Below, in pieces: positions 10,470 through 20,854 of a stretch of DNA of 64,000 nucleotides (within the stretch, counting starts at the first letter, position 1; every line of letters begins with the position of its first letter). This stretch comes from Sulfurospirillum sp. (lineage in GTDB: Bacteria > Campylobacterota > Campylobacteria > Campylobacterales > Sulfurospirillaceae). A program made the position numbers and the translations under genes. A model generated the notes under the pieces. The model saw only the letters and a list, made by a program, of their open reading frames with translations. It was not told the origin of the DNA and searched no databases. The stretch lies in the NCBI GenBank assembly GCA_045047115.1, contig JASFYR010000033.1, positions 1-64,000 on the forward strand. The letters are read 5' to 3'.

Positions 10470-11788
10470 TATTTTACTCCTCTTTCCAGTATATAGTCCA
10501 TATAAAATTTCCACCTTTGATAACTGTATTGACTCTCAATCAGTTTAGCTTTTGCCATACTTGTTTTACTGATTGCATAAAGTAGGTCGTTGATTGTTGA
10601 GACTCCGTTTTGGTATCGTACGCGTTCTATTTTTTCACTCTCTTTTGCCAGAGCATACTGCATTGTATTCCCTGTGTATTTTGCATACTCTTGTCTCATT
10701 TTTTCGTATGCTTCTACCAGTGATTTTCGAAGATCCAAGAGTGTCTGTTGCTTTTGCAAAATAGCCGTTATTTTTGCAATTTTTGCCTTTTGTGTTGCGG
10801 CATCACTTTTTCCGAAATCAAAAAGTGTCCATTTGGCATTTAGTCCAACTTGCCAATTTTTTTCAGAGTTGAAATCACCGGGATTTGCATTTGAGCCATC
10901 ATTTTTACCATAGTTGTATCCATAATATGAGCTTAAGGAAAGCTGAGGATATTGGCTTGCTCTACTCATTTGTACTCTTTTGTCAGCTTTTTTGATATTA
11001 AACTCGGCTATGCGTACTTTGTCCAAAGCGAGAGAATTGCGAAAAAGTTTATCAATAGAATAGTTTGGTTTTTTGATGATAATCTTGAACGGTTTTATCT
11101 CTCCTATACGATTGAGACCCGCAAGAGCAGCCAAGGAGGCTTTTGTTATAGCTATGTTGCCTTTTAAGACTTCGAAATAAGAGATACTTCCTTGTAGATT
11201 GTTCTCTGCTTTGAGCAGGTCTATTCGTGCTTTTTTACCAAGTTTAACCTCTTCTTTTATGGTGTTCTTTAGTCTTTTTAGGGCCTCTATATTTTTCTTT
11301 TGGGCATTTGCCATATCTTGTAGTGAAAGAGTAGATAAATACAAAGAGGCAATATTGTAGGCGAGTTGCTCTTTAGTTAAAGATAACTTGTTTTTTGAGA
11401 GTTTTGTAGCTATATCGTCCATCTCTATCTGTCTTGTCTGTGCAAATCCTGTAAAAAGAGGTACGTTATAGACAAGTCCTGTTGTGAAAAGATTGGTAGT
11501 AGTGGGAGCTGCACCGGGATTTTGTAAGATACCAGAAGGTGTCAGAGGAACTAGTGTTCTTGGTAGATTAAAGTGTGTATAGCTCCATGCTAAGTCTATC
11601 GCTCCAAATTGGGCTGAACGATTCTCTTTTCGTTGTGCTCTAGATAACTCTATGGTAGCTTTACCCTGTTTTATTATTGTGCTGTTTTTTAGTGCATAGT
11701 GTATCAGTCCATTTAGTGTTGTGTCTGCAAAAGTATTTACACAGAAAAATAGAAAAATAGACAAGTTTATCAAAAAAAATCTTTTCAT
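10469..11788 (-). CDS. TolC family outer membrane efflux protein
   Basis: Signal peptide MKRFFL after AGGAG; OEP repeats VPLFTGF, YPQLSL, WTLFDFG and RYQNGVST. Confidence 0.92.
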   Translation of the reverse strand: MKRFFLINLSIFLFFCVNTFADTTLNGLIHYALKNSTIIKQGKATIELSRAQRKENRSAQFGAIDLAWSYTHFNLPRTLVPLTPSGILQNPGAAPTTTNLFTTGLVYNVPLFTGFAQTRQIEMDDIATKLSKNKLSLTKEQLAYNIASLYLSTLSLQDMANAQKKNIEALKRLKNTIKEEVKLGKKARIDLLKAENNLQGSISYFEVLKGNIAITKASLAALAGLNRIGEIKPFKIIIKKPNYSIDKLFRNSLALDKVRIAEFNIKKADKRVQMSRASQYPQLSLSSYYGYNYGKNDGSNANPGDFNSEKNWQVGLNAKWTLFDFGKSDAATQKAKIAKITAILQKQQTLLDLRKSLVEAYEKMRQEYAKYTGNTMQYALAKESEKIERVRYQNGVSTINDLLYAISKTSMAKAKLIESQYSYQRWKFYMDYILERGVK

Positions 11789-11905
11789 TACTACACTCCT
11801 TTGAAAATTATACAAGTATAATAACAAACTTTTGTGAACTTAACGTTAAGATGTTTTGTAAGAAATCTAATTTGTGTGGGTATTATTACTGTGCAGTGGT
11901 CTCTT

Positions 11906-11929
11906 AAACGGGACAGGTTTGCCCCGTTT
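11906..11929 (-). terminator. Probable terminator after putA
   Basis: AAACGGG-10 nt-CCCGTTT immediately downstream of the putA stop. Confidence 0.55.
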
Positions 11930-11935
11930 GATTTA

Positions 11936-14900
11936 CTACTTATCTATGCCTCTGGCTCCAAGATTTCCATACCTGTGATAGCTATAAGATATACTCTGTT
12001 CCTGCAAGTAATTTAGAAGCTCCAATCTTCCTTCCATCATCGGCTTTTGTCTGACAATAAATTTTGCAACTTTTGCAGCTTCGCTAAATATAAAAGGTGT
12101 GACCCCTGATATATCAGAGTAGATAATTCTATCTATTTTGTCAAAATTTCTGACGAACTCTTCTTCGCTTTCTCTTTGTATTATATCGTTACTGTTTAGT
12201 ATAATTTCTCTATTTTCAAACAGAAAAGAGATAGCGCTACTCTCTTCATAGCCAACGCTTATCAGCAACTTCACACCGCAGATATGGGCTGCTAGAATTC
12301 TGCTTAAAATTTCAAATACGCTGTCATCTTTTGTGACTCTAAGCCCAACTCTGTTTAGTGGGATGTATCTAAAGATATTATCTTCTCCTCTTATGTGAAA
12401 GTAGTCTTTTTCTACTCCAAATTCATTTTTGTAATTTTCAAGATAGCTCTCAAGTGCGGGTTTTAGTCTGTTAAAATCCATATTAAACTCTTTATAGAGA
12501 CCTTTTAGTGAGTCATCTATCCACTTGTTTATAAACTTTAGCATCGGATGTTCTATCTTTTGGGTCACCTTTGGCTCACTAATTTCTTCAAAATCCATAA
12601 ATTGTGTTATATAGTTGTAAATTCCTACTTTTCGTCCTGCCCCTATGGCTGATTTTCCCATGCCTCCAAATGGTTGTCTTAGGACTATGGCTCCGGTTGT
12701 GCTTCTGTTTATATATAGATTTCCGGCTTTTATGTTTTCTCTCCAATACTCAATCTCTCTTGCATCAAGAGACTCAAGTCCTGAAGTCAAACCGTAACCG
12801 GTTTTGTTTACCATATCTATGGCATCTTTGAGGTCTTTTGCCTTCATCACTGAAAGAACCGGGCCAAACAGTTCGTTCATATGACAAAAACTTCCATCTT
12901 TTACACCCCACCTGATAGCAGGTTTCAACATATACTCATTTTCGTCTGTAAATTCAGGTTTCAAAGCCCAACTTTCACCTTCTTGAAGAGACTCTACTGC
13001 TTTTTTAAGATTTCCTCCTATAGGATTTGCAAGAGTTCCTATTCTATTTACAAAATTCCATACAGAGCCTGTTGCCATGCTTTTAGCAGCATCTACAAGA
13101 GCTGCCTTGAAGCCTTCATCATTGTAAACCTCCTCTTCAAGTATCAAAAGTGATGTGGCAGAACACTTTTGACCGCTATTTGAAAATGCAGAGTGAACTA
13201 CATTTTTGATAGCCTGTTCCCGATCGCTTAAAGCTGTCACGATAGTAGCATCTTTACCACCTGTTTCAGCAGCCAAAAAGAGATTTGGTCTGGTTGCAAG
13301 CATTTTGTATGCTGTATCCTCTCCCCCTGTTAGTATAACAAAATCTACGTCTTCATTTGCAATGAGATGTTCTCCTGCCAAGCTACCGGCACATGGGACA
13401 AATTGGAGGGTATTTTTGCTTACTCCTGCATCCCAAAAGCACTTACACAGTTCATAAGCAGTCAAAGCAGCTGAGCTGGCAGGTTTCATGATGGCTGTAT
13501 TCCCCGCAGCTAAGATAGCGGCAAGCCCTCCAAGTGGAATTGCGACAGGAAAGTTCCATGGAGGAGTGACAACGCCAACTCCCTTGCCTTTGATTTTTAA
13601 ATTTTGAAAATTTTGAAAATATCTGCTGGCATGAGAATAAAATTCTAAAAAGTCTATAGCCTCACTTACCTCAACATCTGTTTCACTAAAGACTTTACCA
13701 ACTTCTGCAGCTGCTATTCCTATGAGGTCGCCTCTTCTTTTGCGAACTTCATTTGCAACATCGCATAGTATCTTTTGTCTCTGTTCGTCTGTTTTGCTTC
13801 TCCAACCATCAATATCCTCTTTTGCAACTTCTACTGCAATTTTAAGGTCCTGCGCATTTGCAAGGGCAAATTTACCGGCAATCACATTGTCTTTTAGCTG
13901 AGATTTGTCTATGGATATTTTAATCTCTCTATTTTTCTCTATATCTTTTCCTCCAACAACAATAGGTGTGATTTTTGGCTTGAATTCAGAGTTTTTCATC
14001 CATTTTTCTTTTATTTTCTGTGCCCATATTTTATTGTTTGGAAGTATGAAGTCAGTATCTGATTCATTTTTAAATTTACCTGTTGCGTAACTGCTATCTT
14101 TGAAATCATCCCAATTTTCATTTAGTCTATCTTGCGTTCTGTTTGATCCTATAAAAAGATTTTTACAGTTTTTAAGAGACTCTATAAACTTTTCTTTGAG
14201 CATATCCCAATCAGATGAACCTACTTTTAAACCAAATGAGTATCTTATGAAGTTTTCTTTTCCGGTATTTTCATCAAGTCTTCTGACCAGGTAAGCTATT
14301 GCATTGGTAAATTGTTCTTTTTTGGCAGTTGGTGCATAGAGTATAAGGTCGTGGCTTATTTCTTTTATAGCAAGTCTTGCGGATTCACTCATTCCCTCGA
14401 GCATCTCCATTGTATGAAATTCATTGACGCCATACTCTTTGGCGAGTTCATATGCGTATGCCTGTTCAAAAAGATTGTGTGAAGCGATGCCAAGATGAAC
14501 ATATATGATGTGCTCTTTTCTCATGCCGTACTCTGCCATTATCTTATAGTTGCTGTCTGTATCTATCTTTTTGTGATATGGTGTACTTTCCCACCCTCTT
14601 AGAGCTGCTTCAGTATCTTCCATCTCCATATTTGCTCCTTTTACAAGGCGCATTTTGATAGGGCTTCCACCATCTTCGACTCTTTTTTTGGCAAACTCTA
14701 TCAGTTTTTTCTGCCATAGATGAGAGTCGGGAAGGTAGGCCTGAAGAACAATTCCTGCGTAGAAATCTTTAAATTCAGGTTTAGAGAGAGTTCTTGTGAA
14801 TGCATAGTATGTTAAGGCTAAATCACGATACTCTTCCATATCCAGATTTATAAATTTATTTTGTTTTTCACCTTTTTCATTGATATAGCTATATTTTTTA

Positions 14901-15532
14901 GCTTGAGCAAATATACGACTTAATCTTTGTACTAATTGTTCAATTGTATCTTCATAGGACAGAGCATTTATTTGTGAAAATAGAGTAGAAATTTTTATAG
15001 ATATATAATCAACATTCGGATTTGTTAAGAGATCTAAATATTTTAACATTCTTGTTTCCGCTTCTTCTTCGCCTAAAACAACTTCGCCTATAAGATTTAC
15101 ATTGACTCTTGTTCCCTCTTTTTTTCTCTTTTGCAGATGTGCGTTAAACACATCTTCTTCACCTTTGATGACGACGGTTTTTGTATCTTCTCTGATATTT
15201 TTTATAAAAAGAGGTATGGATATATCTGGCAGATAAATTCCTGCATTTAAAAATAAAAACACCAAAAATCTTTCACTTGTGGTAAAAAATGAAGCCATTC
15301 CATACTTGTCAAAGAGATACTCTATCTGATTTGCCACTCTTTTGTTGTTTTTGGTTCTGAAAGATTGATCCATTAACTCAATCAATAAAACTTTATCTTT
15401 GGGATGAGTGAGCATTTTATTCATCTTGATATGAAATTTTTTATCAAAATCACTCACTAATTCATCTGCTCTTCTTTGCCATTTTTCTGCCAAAGCGATG
15501 GCTCGATTCATAACAACTTTGTTTTCTAACAT
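11936..15532 (-). CDS. putA: Bifunctional proline dehydrogenase / L-glutamate gamma-semialdehyde dehydrogenase (no N-terminal RHH)
   Basis: PRODH motifs LDMEEY, RLVKGA, IASHN and YLVRRLDEN; ALDH motifs PWNFP, AETGGK, SGQKCSA and ELFGP. Start placed at ATG 15532. Confidence 0.96.
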   Translation of the reverse strand: MLENKVVMNRAIALAEKWQRRADELVSDFDKKFHIKMNKMLTHPKDKVLLIELMDQSFRTKNNKRVANQIEYLFDKYGMASFFTTSERFLVFLFLNAGIYLPDISIPLFIKNIREDTKTVVIKGEEDVFNAHLQKRKKEGTRVNVNLIGEVVLGEEEAETRMLKYLDLLTNPNVDYISIKISTLFSQINALSYEDTIEQLVQRLSRIFAQAKKYSYINEKGEKQNKFINLDMEEYRDLALTYYAFTRTLSKPEFKDFYAGIVLQAYLPDSHLWQKKLIEFAKKRVEDGGSPIKMRLVKGANMEMEDTEAALRGWESTPYHKKIDTDSNYKIMAEYGMRKEHIIYVHLGIASHNLFEQAYAYELAKEYGVNEFHTMEMLEGMSESARLAIKEISHDLILYAPTAKKEQFTNAIAYLVRRLDENTGKENFIRYSFGLKVGSSDWDMLKEKFIESLKNCKNLFIGSNRTQDRLNENWDDFKDSSYATGKFKNESDTDFILPNNKIWAQKIKEKWMKNSEFKPKITPIVVGGKDIEKNREIKISIDKSQLKDNVIAGKFALANAQDLKIAVEVAKEDIDGWRSKTDEQRQKILCDVANEVRKRRGDLIGIAAAEVGKVFSETDVEVSEAIDFLEFYSHASRYFQNFQNLKIKGKGVGVVTPPWNFPVAIPLGGLAAILAAGNTAIMKPASSAALTAYELCKCFWDAGVSKNTLQFVPCAGSLAGEHLIANEDVDFVILTGGEDTAYKMLATRPNLFLAAETGGKDATIVTALSDREQAIKNVVHSAFSNSGQKCSATSLLILEEEVYNDEGFKAALVDAAKSMATGSVWNFVNRIGTLANPIGGNLKKAVESLQEGESWALKPEFTDENEYMLKPAIRWGVKDGSFCHMNELFGPVLSVMKAKDLKDAIDMVNKTGYGLTSGLESLDAREIEYWRENIKAGNLYINRSTTGAIVLRQPFGGMGKSAIGAGRKVGIYNYITQFMDFEEISEPKVTQKIEHPMLKFINKWIDDSLKGLYKEFNMDFNRLKPALESYLENYKNEFGVEKDYFHIRGEDNIFRYIPLNRVGLRVTKDDSVFEILSRILAAHICGVKLLISVGYEESSAISFLFENREIILNSNDIIQRESEEEFVRNFDKIDRIIYSDISGVTPFIFSEAAKVAKFIVRQKPMMEGRLELLNYLQEQSISYSYHRYGNLGARGIDK

Positions 15533-15611
15533 AGTCTTTTTCCTCAATTTAATTTAATTTTTATTTAGCTTTAAATCATTTTTGAGTATCTTATTGTTTG
15601 TATAAACACAT

Positions 15612-15642
15612 AAGATGTCCACTTGTAGCGGGAGGACATCTT
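15612..15642. terminator. Hairpin between livF and putA
   Basis: AAGATGTCC...GGACATCTT 9-bp stem. Confidence 0.5.
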
Positions 15643-15654
15643 TTCTAAGATTCT

Positions 15655-16377
15655 CTATTTTTTCTTTCCTAGATATGCCTCTTGAATCGTCTTTGAATTT
15701 AGCAACTCTTCACTACTTCCTTCATAAGAGATTTTTCCAAGTTCAAGAACATATCCTCTATCCGCCAGCTTTAAAGCCGCTTTTGCATTTTGTTCGACCA
15801 ATAAAACAGTAACTCCGGATTTGCTTATCTCTTTTATCGCTTTAAAAATTACCTTGACTAAAACGGGAGCTAATCCAAGACTGGGCTCATCCAATATGAG
15901 TAGTTTTGGATTACTCATGATAGAGCGTCCAATTGCTAGCATTTGTTGCTCCCCTCCACTAAGAGTTCCTGCTAATTGACCTCTTCTTTCTTTTAATCTG
16001 GGTAAAATCTCATATATCCAGTCTAATACTTTTTGATCATATTTTTTTAAAACATAAGCACCCATCAAAAGATTTTCTTCAGTGCTGAGAGTTCCGAAAA
16101 CTCTTCTTCCCTCAGGTGAGTGACTCATACCTAGACTCACTATATCGTGTGCGGGGGTTTTTGTTATCTCTTTGCCATCAAAGAGTATCTGCCCGGAATT
16201 TGATCTTAAAAGTCCACTTATGGTTCGAAGTGTGGTAGTTTTACCTGCACCATTTGCACCAAGTATTGCTACAACTTCACCCTCTTTTACATGTATATCT
16301 ATGCCTTTTATCGCTTTTATAGCTCCATAGCTTACATGTAGGTTTTTGATTTCCAATAAATTTCTATTTTCACTCAT
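15655..16377 (-). CDS. livF: HAAT (branched-chain amino acid-type) ABC transporter ATPase
   Basis: GANGAGKTT, LSGGEQQM and LDEPSLGLAP. Confidence 0.92.
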   Translation of the reverse strand: MSENRNLLEIKNLHVSYGAIKAIKGIDIHVKEGEVVAILGANGAGKTTTLRTISGLLRSNSGQILFDGKEITKTPAHDIVSLGMSHSPEGRRVFGTLSTEENLLMGAYVLKKYDQKVLDWIYEILPRLKERRGQLAGTLSGGEQQMLAIGRSIMSNPKLLILDEPSLGLAPVLVKVIFKAIKEISKSGVTVLLVEQNAKAALKLADRGYVLELGKISYEGSSEELLNSKTIQEAYLGKKK

Positions 16378-17150
16378 TACTCATCCTCATCACTTCCGAT
16401 GTACGCCTCAACTACAACAGGGTCATTTTGAACAAAGGATGGCTCACCTTCGCTTATCTTGGCACCAAAATTGATAACGGTTATGTATTCACATAGATTC
16501 ATAACCATATCCATATCATGTTCAATCATCAAAATAGTAACGCCTTGGTCTCTGACTTTTCGTATCGTTTGGGCTAGTTTTATAGTTTCATTTTCATTTA
16601 GTCCGGCTGCCGGTTCATCTAAAATCAATAGTTTTGGCTCAGCTGCCAAAGCTCTTGCCATTTCAATTCTTCTTTGAAGTCCGTATGAGAGATCACCCGC
16701 TGGTGTTGTAGCGTATTTTCTTAATTCAAAAAAATCCATCAACTCCCCGACTTTCAGCCAGTTTGTTTTTTCATCTCTTTTCATGGAAGGAGTATGGATG
16801 ATTCCGTTGTACCATTTTTGATTTGATTTTATGTGCCTGCCTGACATAATGTTTTCTGCTACACTCATTTCAGAAAAGAGTCTTATGGTTTGAAATGTTC
16901 TAAGAATTCCGAGTTCCGCTATCTTGTATGGGGCGATACCTTTTATCTTTTTGCCTTCCCAGATGATTTCTCCTTTTTCAGGAGTATATAATCCTGTGAT
17001 GCAGTTAAAGAGTGTTGTTTTTCCGGCTCCATTTGGCCCGATGATTCCGTAAATCTGACCTTTTTTAACTTTCATATTTAAGTCATCAATTGCAACTAGA
17101 CCATGAAAAAATTTGGATACATCTTTGATTTCAAGTAGATAATCACTCAT
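16377..17150 (-). CDS. livG: HAAT ABC transporter ATPase
   Basis: GPNGAGKTT, LSYGLQRR, LDEPAAGL and IEHDM. Start ATG 17150 overlaps the livM stop. Confidence 0.92.
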   Translation of the reverse strand: MSDYLLEIKDVSKFFHGLVAIDDLNMKVKKGQIYGIIGPNGAGKTTLFNCITGLYTPEKGEIIWEGKKIKGIAPYKIAELGILRTFQTIRLFSEMSVAENIMSGRHIKSNQKWYNGIIHTPSMKRDEKTNWLKVGELMDFFELRKYATTPAGDLSYGLQRRIEMARALAAEPKLLILDEPAAGLNENETIKLAQTIRKVRDQGVTILMIEHDMDMVMNLCEYITVINFGAKISEGEPSFVQNDPVVVEAYIGSDEDE

Positions 17151-18094
17151 TTTGTATCCTTTTTTAGATAATTTGGTATATTGCCAAACTTGACAGGCCA
17201 AATTCCTCTTGGTCTTAGTATCATCGTTAAAATCATAGCCAAGCCAAATACCAAATATCTTGCAGTTTGAAACTCTCTAAAAACTTCAGGTAAAACAAAC
17301 ATGACAAAAGTTCCTATCAAAACACCAGGCAGTGAAGCCGAGCCACCTACTAAAACGATAGTAAAGAACATGATAGATTGAACAACATTGAATGCTTCAG
17401 GCGAAACTGCCGAGTATTGGATAGCAAACATACTGCCTGCAGCTCCTGCTATAGCTGAGCCAAGGGCAAAAGCGTATAGTTTGTAATATCTTACATTTAT
17501 GCCCATGCTTTGAGCTGCTATATAGTCTTTATTTATGTAAAACATTGCTCTTCCGAATTTGCTTGCATCAAGATTTCTCATTATTAACAAAGTTAAAGTA
17601 AGCAGTATAAATGACATATAATAGACTGCGGTTTGTGACATAAACTCAACTCCGAATATCCTCACAACATCTATACCAAATATACCATTTGGACCTCCTG
17701 TGAGACCAAATACATCGTTTTGCACAACCTGTATAAATATGATGTTAAATCCGATAGTTGCTACTAAAAGATAATCACCTTTTAAGTGTATAATCGGACC
17801 TGCCAAAACTATCGCCATTACCAGAGGTATGAGGATAGCCGGGATGAAAGTATAGATGATAGGAACACCAAAATGAACATTTAGTATAGCTGTGGCATAA
17901 GCTCCCAGTCCAAAAAATACAGCGTGTCCCATCTGAAAAGCTCCTGCACGACCAAGTATGATATCTTGTGAAAAAGCAACTACGGAGTAAATTAGAAATG
18001 TTGTGCCTACTGCCAACCAGGCTGAGTTGGTAAAGAGTGGAAAAAATCCCATGACTATTAGAAAAACAATAGCTATCTTATATGACTGCCTCAT
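17147..18094 (-). CDS. livM: HAAT ABC transporter permease
   Basis: GHAVFFGLGAY, LKGDYL and LTGGPNG motifs. Confidence 0.92.
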   Translation of the reverse strand: MRQSYKIAIVFLIVMGFFPLFTNSAWLAVGTTFLIYSVVAFSQDIILGRAGAFQMGHAVFFGLGAYATAILNVHFGVPIIYTFIPAILIPLVMAIVLAGPIIHLKGDYLLVATIGFNIIFIQVVQNDVFGLTGGPNGIFGIDVVRIFGVEFMSQTAVYYMSFILLTLTLLIMRNLDASKFGRAMFYINKDYIAAQSMGINVRYYKLYAFALGSAIAGAAGSMFAIQYSAVSPEAFNVVQSIMFFTIVLVGGSASLPGVLIGTFVMFVLPEVFREFQTARYLVFGLAMILTMILRPRGIWPVKFGNIPNYLKKDTK

Positions 18095-18996
18095 TATACC
18101 TTCTCCGCTATAGTTTCACCGAGTATTCCAGTCGGTCTGAAAATCAGAATGACAACCAACAATACAAATGTAAATGTTTCGGCCCATTCACTAGATATAT
18201 AGCCGCTTATCATAGCGTTAAACAAGCCTAGCAGGATGCCTCCCAACATCGCCCCGGGAATATTTCCGATACCACCCATGATGGCAGCAACAAAGGCATT
18301 TAAGCCATACATCCAGCCCATATCAAAGGTGATTCCTCTGTAGTTTATGCCTATAAAAAGACCGGCAACCGCTCCAAGAGCCGAGCCGATGATAAATATA
18401 GTCATAATGACTCTGTTGACATTTATGCCCATCAGTTTTGCAGCATCCTGGTCTATGGCTGTTGCTCTTATGGCTGTTCCCATTTTAGTCTTATTTATAA
18501 AGACATATAAGCCAACCATCAGTAGGGCGGAAATACCCATAATCATAACTTGAGTAAAAGTAAAAACAACCCCACTGACATTCCAAATAGTCGAGGGGAA
18601 TAGATTTGAAGGAAAAATTTTCATATTTGGTCCCCAAATCAGCATGATAGAGTTTTGTATAACAAGACTTGCTCCCAATGCAGAAACAACTGCACTTAGT
18701 CTTGGTGCCGTTCTTAAAGGCCTGTATGCGAGGCGCTCAAGAAGAACACCAACAAAGGCTATGATCAATGCAGTGATGACAAAAACACTCAAAACTATAA
18801 ATAGCGAGCTTTTTCCTTCGCCAAAAATCTCTACATAAATCGTAAGTCCAGCAAAGGCAGATAGGGCCACGAGGTCCCCGTGGGCAAAGTTTATCAACTT
18901 CATAACCCCGTAAACCATCGTGTAACCCAATGCAACCAATGCATATAAACTTCCTACTGTCAAACCATTTATAAGTTGCTGTAGAAATATATCCAC
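18094..18996 (-). CDS. livH: HAAT ABC transporter permease
   Basis: QQLINGL...YALVALGYTMVYG..INFAHG and FRPTGILG. Confidence 0.93.
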   Translation of the reverse strand: MDIFLQQLINGLTVGSLYALVALGYTMVYGVMKLINFAHGDLVALSAFAGLTIYVEIFGEGKSSLFIVLSVFVITALIIAFVGVLLERLAYRPLRTAPRLSAVVSALGASLVIQNSIMLIWGPNMKIFPSNLFPSTIWNVSGVVFTFTQVMIMGISALLMVGLYVFINKTKMGTAIRATAIDQDAAKLMGINVNRVIMTIFIIGSALGAVAGLFIGINYRGITFDMGWMYGLNAFVAAIMGGIGNIPGAMLGGILLGLFNAMISGYISSEWAETFTFVLLVVILIFRPTGILGETIAEKV

Positions 18997-19008
18997 GGTA
19001 TTCCTTTC

Positions 19009-20136
19009 TTATTTATATACTATCTTATAGCTATCATCGTTTTGAATTTCATAAGCCATATATCCGCCGCCAATTCTCTCTCCATCATTTCTAAAAGTAA
19101 CCGGTCCCGTGATTCCTGGGAAGTTTTTTAGAGTATGAAGGTAGTTTGAGATTTTTTTGGTATCTGTACTTTTTGTTTCAGTTATACCATGCAATATAGC
19201 TCTTAGTCCATCTATGTTTAGTAGAGTCCAGATGGATGCAGGCATCATGCCGTATTTTGCTTTGTAGTCTTTTAGGAATTTTTTTGCTATATCATATGGG
19301 AGTATATCCGGAGTTGGTACATTGATAAGATAAGCTCCTTTTGCACTATTGCCCGCTAGTTTCATAAAATCTGGGTTGTCATTTGAGTCACCGCCAACAA
19401 AATCTGCTTTTATACCCAGTTGAATCTGTTGAGCTCTTAAGAGTCCTCCGTCATTGTAATAGCCACTAAAGTAGATGACATCAGGATTCATTGATTTTAT
19501 TTTAGTAAGAACTGCTGTAAAGTTTTGTGTGCCAGATTTGATTTTGCCTCTGTATATAACATTACCATTTAGTTTTTTTATGGCTTTTACAGTTGCATCT
19601 GCCAACCCTGTTGCGTAACTTGAGTAGTCTGAAAGAACTGCAATTTTTTTATAGTGTTTGACATTTATAAAATACTTTGCAGTAAACTCTGCTTCGGCGC
19701 TGTTTGGAAAAGAGTTTCTGAAAAAAGTCCAGTATTTGTGTTTTGTTAGAGAGTCACTTGTGCCGTCACTTGTTTGAAGCACACCATTTCTATAATATGT
19801 CGTTTGAGCAGCTTCCGTTGCACCTGATGTGTATGATCCGATTACTGCTAAAACTCCGGCATTGACCAGTTTTCTGGCGCAAATTGCTGCTTTTTGTGCA
19901 ACACCTTCATCGTCACAACTGATAACTTCGAGTTTTTTGCCTAATACTCCGCCTTTTGCATTGTACTGCGCGACTATGAGTTTGACACCATTGTCTATGC
20001 TCTGTCCCTCGTTTGCATATTTTCCTGTTATTGGTGCTTGAACACCTATCTTTATGACATCCGCTGCGTTTAGGGATGCAACTAGTGCACTTGTAGCTAC
20101 AATTGTTGTAGCTACCTTTAACATTGATCTTTTCAT
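19009..20136 (-). CDS. livK: HAAT ABC transporter substrate-binding protein (LivJ/K-like)
   Basis: Signal peptide, IKIGVQAPITG, NAKGGVLGKKL and FPGITGPVTF. Confidence 0.9.
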   Translation of the reverse strand: MKRSMLKVATTIVATSALVASLNAADVIKIGVQAPITGKYANEGQSIDNGVKLIVAQYNAKGGVLGKKLEVISCDDEGVAQKAAICARKLVNAGVLAVIGSYTSGATEAAQTTYYRNGVLQTSDGTSDSLTKHKYWTFFRNSFPNSAEAEFTAKYFINVKHYKKIAVLSDYSSYATGLADATVKAIKKLNGNVIYRGKIKSGTQNFTAVLTKIKSMNPDVIYFSGYYNDGGLLRAQQIQLGIKADFVGGDSNDNPDFMKLAGNSAKGAYLINVPTPDILPYDIAKKFLKDYKAKYGMMPASIWTLLNIDGLRAILHGITETKSTDTKKISNYLHTLKNFPGITGPVTFRNDGERIGGGYMAYEIQNDDSYKIVYK

Positions 20137-20170
20137 CTAGTCTCCTTTGAATTTTTACTTTTTGAAAAGT

Positions 20171-20202
20171 TTTAGAGAAAAATAGTCCTATTTCTCTCTA
20201 AA
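20171..20202 (-). other. AT-rich hairpin between the 218-aa gene and livK
   Basis: Minus strand TTTAGAGAGAAATAG-GA-CTATTTTTCTCTAAA, about 14 bp with one G-U pair. Confidence 0.5.
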
Positions 20203-20854
20203 CTCTTTCGATTATATATACCCCGATTGTCCACTCACCTATATTTTTTATTTCGTGTACTCCACTGTCTTGAAAGCTTGATTTCAGATTTGGGTATTTT
20301 TGAACTATCTTGTCAAAACTTTCTGTTATCCTTGGTATTCTTACATGTAATTTTTTTCTTGCACTTTTTGGTAAATCAGAGTAAAATGAAAGAAGACCAT
20401 AATCAAGTGTGGAGGCCTCTTTTTGGCTTGTGTCTAACATCTTGCAAATTCTTTCTACTTCATTTTGGTATTCATTTTTTACATTTCTTATACCGTTTTT
20501 GACAGATATTATCACTCTTGAAATGGAGTCATTGTTATTTTTATGTCTAAGCCTCTCATCCAAAGTGATACTAAAAACGCCTTCGCTGATAGATTTTTTA
20601 TCCATATATTCCAAAAAAGCTCTTCTGTCTTTTAAGGAACATCTCAGGATATCAGAAACTGTAGCATCTATAAAAACCTCAGGAGCATTTTTGATTTTTG
20701 CTATCTCTTGTGCCACATGAATGCTGAGCATTTTTGCAGGTGCATGAGAGAGATAGAGTCTATCGTTTGTCCAGTGGAGAAAATTATCTTTTGCTCTGTT
20801 TATGCCTCTTACGGTTGCCTCGATAATACTCTCTTTAGTAGGAAATTTGGCCAC
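20198..20854 (-). CDS. Hypothetical protein with PD-(D/E)XK-like motif spacing but lacking the acidic catalytic residues
   Basis: GTG start with GGAGG RBS, overlapping the upstream RHH gene. Motifs APAK, GVFSITL, IISVKN, EVERI. The fold call is inference. Confidence 0.7.
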   Translation of the reverse strand: MAKFPTKESIIEATVRGINRAKDNFLHWTNDRLYLSHAPAKMLSIHVAQEIAKIKNAPEVFIDATVSDILRCSLKDRRAFLEYMDKKSISEGVFSITLDERLRHKNNNDSISRVIISVKNGIRNVKNEYQNEVERICKMLDTSQKEASTLDYGLLSFYSDLPKSARKKLHVRIPRITESFDKIVQKYPNLKSSFQDSGVHEIKNIGEWTIGVYIIERV

